Origin: a virus
Taxonomy: Duplodnaviria; Heunggongvirae; Uroviricota; Caudoviricetes
DNA: 64,000 nucleotides
Virus record (IMG/VR): IMGVR_UViG_2703718822_000010
Reading direction: 5' to 3' (one strand)
The notes under the pieces are model-generated. The model made no database searches. It saw only the letters and a list, made by a program, of their open reading frames with translations, and had not been told where the DNA came from. How positions within the stretch are numbered: position 1 is the first letter of the stretch; every line of letters starts with the position of its first letter. The translations under genes and the position numbers were made by a program. Below, in pieces: positions 48,538 to 57,200 of the stretch.

Positions 48538-49194
48538 ATGGGTGGAAGTAAAGGTGGTGGTGATACCAAAGTAAAACCAACAGCAGCGCAAATAGCACAG
48601 GAAGAAGTGGCCTGGAAAGGGTGGCAGGATTACAAAAATATCCTCCGCCCGGCTGAAGATAACTTCATGGAAAAGGTCGATGACCTGAACAGTGAGCAGC
48701 AGTACGACAATATTGCTGGCACCACAAATCTGGGGTATCAAAAACAGTTTGGCGAAGCGCGGAAGGAGCTGGCAAGTAATCTCACTCGGTCCGGTGTTGA
48801 CCCGTCCAGTGGTCGCTTTAACGCGGTAATGAATGCGAACCAGAGTGATCAGGTAACCGGGCAGATTGACACAACCACACGGGGGCAGGTATCGCAGGCA
48901 GATAAGTATGTTGCCGGGCTACAGGATGTTGCTGCTCTCGGTTCTGGTCAGAAGGCGGATGCGTTACAGAGTTTTAACTCTCTGGCAGACAGCAGTCTGG
49001 CAAAAGCTAAATCGGATGCACAGGCGGCGTTTACGAAACAGCAGGGGCGAGCCTCTCTTGTTGGCGCTGGTCTGGGTGCGGCAGGTGCATATGCGATGCA
49101 TAAGGCTGGCGGTAGCGGAGGAAGTGGCGGTGCTAAAACACCTGGCACTGGCGCTAATGCCATTCAGCATCAGGCTCAGAACTGGAGACTGTGA
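48538..49194 (+). CDS. Gly/Ala-rich hypothetical protein, first gene of the giant-ORF block
   Basis: 218 aa beginning MGGSKGGG, ending with GGSGGSGG tract. Confidence 0.45.
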   Translation: MGGSKGGGDTKVKPTAAQIAQEEVAWKGWQDYKNILRPAEDNFMEKVDDLNSEQQYDNIAGTTNLGYQKQFGEARKELASNLTRSGVDPSSGRFNAVMNANQSDQVTGQIDTTTRGQVSQADKYVAGLQDVAALGSGQKADALQSFNSLADSSLAKAKSDAQAAFTKQQGRASLVGAGLGAAGAYAMHKAGGSGGSGGAKTPGTGANAIQHQAQNWRL

Positions 49195-49643
49195 TTATGG
49201 AGTACGGTAAATACGAAACACGTGCGAGATACGGTTATACCGGAGCAGCCCGCCCTCAGGGGGACTGGCAGACATCCGCAGCGCTGACCCGCCAGCAATA
49301 CGACGACTGGCGCACCAGATATTTACCCCGTGTAGCAAGGCTGGCTGACCTTGGGGAGAACAACAGTCTGATGAATCCACAGCTTGCACGGGTGGGAGGC
49401 CTTGCCACTTCCAGTCTCCGTACAGCGCAGATGGCGCAGGATAACCAGATGGCGAGATACGGGGTAAGCCGCCCGGATAATCCCGACAGTAATACGCTGG
49501 GGTTACGTAATGCCCTGGCAATAGCAGGTGCGAAAAATGGTATCCGTGAAGCCGAACAGGATCGCCAGATGAATATTCTGACGGGGGCTTCTGCACCGGC
49601 AAGACAGAAACTGAGTGTTGGCGGACAACTGGTGGCAGCGTAA
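49191..49643 (+). CDS. Hypothetical protein
   Basis: 150 aa; ATGA overlap with the upstream gene. Confidence 0.45.
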   Translation: MIMEYGKYETRARYGYTGAARPQGDWQTSAALTRQQYDDWRTRYLPRVARLADLGENNSLMNPQLARVGGLATSSLRTAQMAQDNQMARYGVSRPDNPDSNTLGLRNALAIAGAKNGIREAEQDRQMNILTGASAPARQKLSVGGQLVAA

Positions 49644-49652
49644 GGGGGCAAT

Positions 49653-49925
49653 ATGGGATACGGTTTACTGGATATTGCAAATCAGTCGCGGCGTGAGGCA
49701 TTACAGGGAATAAGTGACGCAGACAGACGACGTACAGAGATTGAGGCATCAAATAAACAACTGGCTGCTCAACAGAAAGCTCAGAAAAAACAGAATATCG
49801 GTACGGGCATTGGTACGGGGGCCACTATCGGGGCGACTGTTGGTTCAGCAGTACCGGTAGTGGGGACAGCCGTCGGCGCTGTTGCTGGTGCAGTAATTGG
49901 CGGCATTGCAGGCGCTTTGTTTTAA
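49653..49925 (+). CDS. Small glycine-zipper membrane protein
   Basis: 90 aa; C-terminus GTGIGTGATIGATVGSAVPVVGTAVGAVAGAVIGGIAGALF. Confidence 0.5.
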   Translation: MGYGLLDIANQSRREALQGISDADRRRTEIEASNKQLAAQQKAQKKQNIGTGIGTGATIGATVGSAVPVVGTAVGAVAGAVIGGIAGALF

Positions 49926-49935
49926 GGAGTGGTGA

Positions 49936-51201
49936 ATGAGCGGATTTGCACAGGGGTTACTTGCCGGATTCAGCACTGTTGACCAGGCAATGACCCGTCG
50001 TAAGGAGCTTGGTTTGCGAGAAGCACAGCTTGCTCAGCAACAGAAAAATAACGAGCGCGATTTTGAATTTGCGCAGTCTCAGTTTGAACATAATAAAGAC
50101 GTTGATCAGCGGAACTTTGATTACAGAGCCAAAGTTGATGACCGCAATTACACACTGCAGGAAAGGGAGTTTAACGCCAACCAGAATTACCGGAATGCGT
50201 CGCTGGGGATGGAACAGCAACGACTCCAGTTGCAGAAATACAACCAGCGACGGCTTGAGTATAACGATATGCTGGCGCGCGATCAGCCTGTGATGGCGGC
50301 GCTGGGAAAAGCGATTGATGCGGGTGACCATGATGCGGCTTCTCATCTGTTCGGTAAATTATCGGACGCCAATCCGCTTAAGATGATGTCAACGGTAGGC
50401 TATGCTGCGAAAGCGGGTCAGGCCGTGAACAACCTGCAGAAAATCTTTGATGATAAGCCGGACAGGGCGATTGCTTCGCTGAATACCCCGGAAAATCTCG
50501 ATGTGCTTTCCGGCGTGTTTGCCCCGGAACTACAACAGCGTATTGGCATGCCTGATTCAACCGGGGAAAAAACGATAAAAGAGGCCAGGATTGGCAGTAT
50601 CGTACCGGCGCAGCAGGAAGGGTACGTACTTATTGGCCTTGATCTCACATACAGCGATGGCTCCACCGCGCATAAACCTGTAACAGAATACGGCAGTGCG
50701 CACCCTGATGATCAAACCGTGCTGGCGATACCCGTTGATAAGGCTATCGCTCAGGTCAGGGATCGCAGCAAATTTGCAGAGATATCGAAAAATTATGGTT
50801 ATTTTATGCCGAAGCAGCAGGGACTTTCTCTGAAAGAGCTTCAGAAGGGGGCCAGCAACGTAGCGGCGGACGCGATCAAGAATGGCGGTAATGCTCAGGC
50901 TGCGGTGGATGAATATTATGCTGCGACTGGTTCACAACCGCATCAACAGAAAATTCAGCAACAAAAACTTCAGCAACAGGTTATCAACTGGGCGGGAGAT
51001 GATCCTGATAAGCTGTCATTTGCCAGAAATGTAGCGGCCCGTCAGCCTGAAATGCTGGAACCTCAGAATCAGAAATTGCTGGAGAACGGGTATGCGAATT
51101 TTCTCCGTATTCAAAAGGCCAGGGGGGAACAGGCCAGAGATGAAAGTGCTTCATCTGCATCTCAGTTTATCCGTGGACTGAAACAGAATTACGCCCAGTA
51201 A
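49936..51201 (+). CDS. Gln-rich coiled-coil protein
   Basis: 421 aa with Q/N-rich predicted coiled-coil segments. Confidence 0.45.
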   Translation: MSGFAQGLLAGFSTVDQAMTRRKELGLREAQLAQQQKNNERDFEFAQSQFEHNKDVDQRNFDYRAKVDDRNYTLQEREFNANQNYRNASLGMEQQRLQLQKYNQRRLEYNDMLARDQPVMAALGKAIDAGDHDAASHLFGKLSDANPLKMMSTVGYAAKAGQAVNNLQKIFDDKPDRAIASLNTPENLDVLSGVFAPELQQRIGMPDSTGEKTIKEARIGSIVPAQQEGYVLIGLDLTYSDGSTAHKPVTEYGSAHPDDQTVLAIPVDKAIAQVRDRSKFAEISKNYGYFMPKQQGLSLKELQKGASNVAADAIKNGGNAQAAVDEYYAATGSQPHQQKIQQQKLQQQVINWAGDDPDKLSFARNVAARQPEMLEPQNQKLLENGYANFLRIQKARGEQARDESASSASQFIRGLKQNYAQ

Positions 51202-51234
51202 TTCACGATATTCCATTAATACCATTTCCTGATG

Positions 51235-51260
51235 CCCGGCCATTGTGCCGGGTTTTTTTA
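51235..51260 (+). terminator. Rho-independent terminator or attenuator upstream of the giant ORF
   Basis: CCCGGC-CATTGT-GCCGGG hairpin followed by T7. Confidence 0.6.
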
Positions 51261-51270
51261 TGGAGTCTGT

Positions 51271-54200
51271 ATGGCCTATTCAGAGGAACAGCGTCCTGAG
51301 GCGCAACTCGGTAACCAGAATCGTAACAGCCTGAACATTCAGCAACCCGGCGAAACTGACAGCTATGAAGCATTTTTCTCTGATCCGAATCGCTGGAAGG
51401 ATAACAGTACGTCGTTCAGCCTGGGCGATGTATTGCCAACAATGGGTAAAGGTTTCGCCCAGTCCGTCCGGGGAACAGGGGAAATGGCCCGTGGACTCGG
51501 TGATGCGATGATTCAGAGCCCGGTAAAAACAGGGGCGCGTATTTTAAATGAGTTCAGCCGTATGGGGCTGCCGGGTGTCACAACTGTGCAGGATATTTTT
51601 GCCGGTGGCAGCAGGGGGGCTGATGAGGTCATCGATACCCTGCCTGATGGCAAAAACGCGGTTACTGATACTGTCGGTAAAGGTCTGAAGGCAACCGGTA
51701 AGGCTGTCAGTGATGGTGCTGAAGCCACTGATGAATGGCTGACCGGTAAGATGTCGCCGGGTGCAGTTCGTGCGCTGAATACGCCGATGACCGAAGGCTA
51801 TGATGATTCTGCGGTCTGGGTGGCGAAGGGTGTAAACCTGATTGGTGCGCTTGTACCTGATATGGTTGCTGGCGGTGTGGCTAAAAAGGTGGGTGATGTC
51901 ACACTGCGAAAAATGCTGACCGCCGGGCTGGAGAAAAAATACATCGCGGCAGGGATGCAGCCGGAAAGAGCCACGGCACTGGCAGCAGAAGCTGTCGATA
52001 AAAAAATGCCGGATTTATTCCAGGCGGGCCTGATCACCCATTCCACAGCCAGTGCACAGGGGCAGAGTGCAATGGCGGCAGCAGATGCTGTTCTTAATGC
52101 GGATTACTCTGAGCTGGCGCAGTCACCGAAATTTCAGCAGACGTTTTTGTCCATTGACGCCGACCCGCAGCACGCACAGCTTACTGATCGCCAGAAAATG
52201 GATCTGGCAAAAGAGCGTGTTGCCGATGAGGTGCGCGCGCAGCTGGCAACCGATCCTGAATTGCTGGCTGTGAATGCCATGGCGGCAAAACTGGGTGACG
52301 CACAACTGTTTAATCTGGTGACACGAGGCACAGCGAAGACCGTTAAAAGCGGCATTGTCAGAAATGCCACGGAACAGGGGGCGATTAATGCGGCGCAGGG
52401 CGGCTATTCACGCTATCAGGAAAACACGGCATTGCGTGAGACCGCCGGAATGGATGTGTCACCGTGGGAGGGCGTGGCTGACGCAACGATCGAAGGTGCA
52501 GCCTTTGGTGCTGCGATGGGGGCTCCATCCGGTGCGGTTGCCGGATATCGTGGCAGACGTCAGGCCGCAGAAGAAACCGCCATGCGTGATGCTGAAACCG
52601 TGCAGCAGGACGACGCAGCCCCGCAACCAGAATCTGTTGATCCGGTGGCGCAGCAGCGTGAATCCATGCAGGGCATGAATCGCGAGCAGCTTCTGGAGCA
52701 GTATGCTGATGCGGATATGGCAACAGAGGGTGACGCATCCGCAGCTCATCGCCGGGAAGCTGCCAGCCAGTTGTTGAATGAACTGGACGAACAGGCGAAG
52801 CGACAGGCTGTGATGAATGAGCTGAAGGCGAAGCCGCGTTCTGAACTGCTTGAGGAATACCGCAGACTCAGCCAGAAAGAGGGGCGCACCGAGACTGAAG
52901 AACAACAGTTTCAGGCAATACGAGAAGTCATTCGCCCACAACAGGAAGTGACGCCGGAAGCACAGTCACAGCCTGAAAATGCGGAGGATGGTAACGGGAG
53001 CATTTACCCGACGGTGCGGTTCCGGGACCCGAATGAAGTCCGCATTGAAATTAACGGGAATGGTGCGTCCAGACCAGCGGAACGCATTGAAAAGGTGCGC
53101 CCGGACAACCGTTATTTCACGGATGAGAAAAGCGCCATGGGGAGTGATGTTTTCCGTAATGCCGCCGCTACCGGCCTGAAACCGTCCGTAGTGAAGAAAG
53201 GCGAGAATCAGTATGCCGTTGAAATGGATAATCCTGCGTTCTCTGAAGATGTGGCAACGGAAACCATTAACACCCTGGCTGACGGAGAGCGTATTGCTGA
53301 TGCTGACCCGATGGAGCAGCCCGCGTTCATGCGTGACCCACGATTCCGTGGTTTCACGGGGGATGATACGGAGGTACAGGCCCGCCTTGCCCGTGGCAAC
53401 GTGCCGACGGCAGAGGAGCTTGTACGTTCACAGATGGCTGAAGGTGATGCCGGTCCGACAGCACAGGAGTTAACTGAGCGTCCACGCCTGCCCGCTCCCG
53501 GCGATATTCATCCCGGACAGGGATATCCGTTACCGGGAGAGGTGGCGCGTACGCCGGATGAGAATCAGGCAGGACGTGGTGGTCGTTTTACCACAACCGG
53601 TGAGGTTAAGGGCCAGAGTTTCCAGAAAGGACAAGCTCCGGCACCGGAAAACGCCGCTGGTCGCCAGGGGGAAACACTCGAGGGTGAAATGGTTCGTCGT
53701 GGTCTGCCGTCACCGGATGCGCAGAACGCGACAGCACCGGTACGTGAAGGGCTACCGGCTCCTGACATTGCGCGTAATGTTCGTATGCCTCAGCCTGAAT
53801 CACTTCCCCGCACTGTACGGGACTCACTGCCTGAGCTTGCACAGCAGGCAGAAGTACGCCGACAGGCCGGAGGAAATCGTGACATCCCGCAGCCTGAGAC
53901 AATCGCACCTGAATCTGAAACAACTGTCTCTACTGACAGGGAAGCTACCGTGCGCGGAGGTGAAGTCAGGGGCAAAAAAATTGAAGACTTTGGCGAGGAA
54001 ATTAAAGGGGCAGCCAAACACCGTTATGCACAGCTTGCTGAAACACTGGGTAAAACGCTGGAAGACAGGGATTATGCCACGCAGCCGCTGAGCAAACTGT
54101 TCCCGAAACCGGACTACGCAAAACTGGCGAACGAAGGTGCCGATGCTGATACCCTGGCAATGATAGCGCTGTATCGTAGCGATATTCCGGCGAAGACGAA

Positions 54201-57200
54201 ACACAATACGGCAGGCTGGGGGGAGAGCATAAAAAAAGTACGACACAGTGTATCGGAAATGCTGAACGGAACGGTCAGCGCGAAACGCCTCGCAGAATGG
54301 ATGGAAGGCAGAATGCCCTCCCGTTACGCGGACACCTGGCAACTGTTACGCACTCTGCCACCCTCACAGATGGACAGAGCTTCTGCTTATCGGGTGGTAT
54401 CGGGTGTGTATCAGGCGGCAGGAGGGAAGCGTTACGATCCGCCACAGAAACTTTATTCACTGCGCAATAAGGACAATAAGGGGAGTAACCTCTTTTTCTC
54501 GGAAAGCAGGGATGAATTACTGGCAAAGGCGAAAGTCTGGTTTGCAGAGCAGGAGGAAAAATCACAGGCGAAAGGTGATGAAAAAACAGCACCGTCACCG
54601 GATGACAAAATCCGCTTTGACGTTTACCGGAATACCCGCAGTGGCGATATTTTTATCGCTTACGGTAAAAACAAAATGCGGGTGAGAGGTGGCTTTAAGT
54701 CAGCCAGTGATGCGCGTAAGTACATTGATTCACATCGTGATGAGCTTGTTCGTCATGTGAAGGAGATGCGGGAGATTTCGCGTGAGGAGCAGCGCAACGC
54801 CACCAACCGCGACCGTACCGGACCAGAACGCCGCAAGGGGAATGTTTCACCGGAGCAGTTCAGTGATGCGTTTGGTTTCCGTGGTGTGCAGTTTGGTAAT
54901 TATGTGGAAGGTCCGCGTCGTCAGGCTGATTTGAACCGGGCTTATGACTCGCTGCATGACCTTGCGGAAGTACTGAATGTACCGACAAAAGCGCTTTCCC
55001 TGAACGGTCGTCTTGGCCTGGCATTTGGTGCCCGTGGTAAGGGTAAGGCGGCAGCACACTATGAGCCGGGTGAGGCGGCAATCAACCTGACAAAAGGTAA
55101 CGGACCGGGTGCGCTGGCGCACGAATGGTTCCATTCTCTGGATAATTATTTTGGTCGTTATGACGTTTCCACTGACGGGAAAATTACGTCAGGTGGCGAC
55201 TTTATGACGGAAGCACAGCGTGCCAGGCGCGTATTTAAAGACGGCAGGTATGTTGATGCTGAATATCCGGTACGTCAGGAGGTTTACGACGCTTTTAAAG
55301 GTGTGATTCAGGCCATTAAAAACAGTGACATGCCGCGTCGTTCAGCGCTTCTTGATGAGGTGCGCTCAAAACCGTACTGGTCAACGGATGTTGAAATGGC
55401 GGCACGTGCCTTTGAGCGTTATGTTCAGGATAAGGCGCGTATGGCTGGCGTGGAGAATGATTATCTGGTCAATATCCGTAAGGCACCTGAGCACAACACA
55501 GATAACACCTACGCTTATCCGACGAATGCGGAACTGGATGGCGGTATTCGTGAGGCATTCGATCACCTGTTCCGCACCCTGAAAACCCGTGAGACGGACA
55601 AGGGCGTTGCGTTTTATTCCCGTAAGGGCGTTACCCGCACACCTGAAGGTAATCTCATTTCGGATGTTAACCGTAGTGCGGAAGCCAAAGGCAGCCCGGT
55701 CCCGCAGGTTGAAGCGGTTGCCCGTGGCGTGATGAGCGGCATTAAGGACAGTGACCTGAAGGTCCGTGTGGTGAAGTCACAGAAAGAGGCTGAAGCGCTG
55801 GCGGGTGAATCGTTCGACGGTTACGGCAGGGTGCACGCATTCTATCGTCCGGATAAACGAGAAATTGTCCTGGTGGCGGATAACATCCCTGACGGGCGGA
55901 CCGTACGCGAGAAGTTGCGTCACGAGATTATCCACCATGCCATGGAGCATGTTGTCACGCCAGCGGAATATCAGACGATTATTAAGACCGTGCTGAAAAC
56001 CCGTGACAGTGATAACGCCACCATCCGTGAAGCCTGGCGTAAGGTTGATGCGTCTTATGGTAAGGAATCACCGGAAGTGCAGGCGGGTGAATTTCTGGCA
56101 CATATGGCGGAGAAACAGCCGAATAAATTCGTGGCGGCATGGGAGCGTGTTGTTGCCCTGGTCAAAGGGGTACTGCGTCGTACGGGGTTACTGAAGCCGA
56201 CGGAACTGAACGATATCAGACTTGTTCGCGAGACCATCCGTACGTTAGGCCAGCGTGTGCGGGAAGGTTACACGCCGCGTGAGGATGGCGCGGACGCATC
56301 GTCTCAGTACTCCCGTAGTGGTAAACCTGATCCGTTCAAAGTGCCGGAAGGTGAGGGCGAGCGTTATCGTGATGACCTTGCCAGAATGATGAAGTCGTTA
56401 CGTTCTGGTGCAATGACTGCAAACATCGGGCGTACGCCGCCGGTATTGCGCCACCTTGGCGCACCAGATTTGCCGCTGGTTATCTCCCGCGACACTGTGC
56501 GGAAGGCAACCAATGGCGTGAAACATGTGGTGCCGATGGATGTTATCGAGAGACTTCCTGAGCTGATGCACGATCCGGATGCAATTTACCGTTCCGCGAC
56601 AGAAAGAAATGCGGTTGTGATGCTGCTTGATGCCGTGGATAAAAATGGTGATCCGGTGGTGTCGGCAGTGCACATGAAGGCAACAGATAAACGAATAGAA
56701 ATTAACAAGGTGGCTTCTGTATATGGAACAAAAGGAGGGATGAACAAAGCTAATAGCCTGGATAAAGCAGGTTTGACGCTTTACCGGAAGGAAAAATTAA
56801 GCCGCGATAACCCTCAGTACAGTGGGCTTCAATTGCCCAAAGAGGAGCGTTCTTATCGCGGCTCTGTAGATAAAATACTCTATCCTGAAGATATTCGCAA
56901 GGGGCCGTATTACTCCCGTACCAGCAGTCTGACACCGGAAGAGACAATTGCATCGCGTTTTGTGCGCCAGATGCAGGATAAATTCCAGGTGCTGAAAGCT
57001 GTTCAGGAGAATATCCGTAAAACTGGCGGAAAAATAGACGACAGTAACAACGCTTATATGGCGGAAGAACTCTTCCACGGGAAGGCGGAAAACGACCTGA
57101 ACGTGATGAAGGAGCGCTACGTTCAGCCACTGGCTAAATTACTGGCGGACTACAAAATTGCGCAGGCCGATCTGGATGAGTATCTCTACGCCCGTCACGC

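Noticed and set aside
51232-51270. Upstream start of the giant ORF at 51232
   Set aside because: These codons overlap a hairpin plus T-run terminator; the ATG at 51271 has a GGAG Shine-Dalgarno and is the more plausible start.
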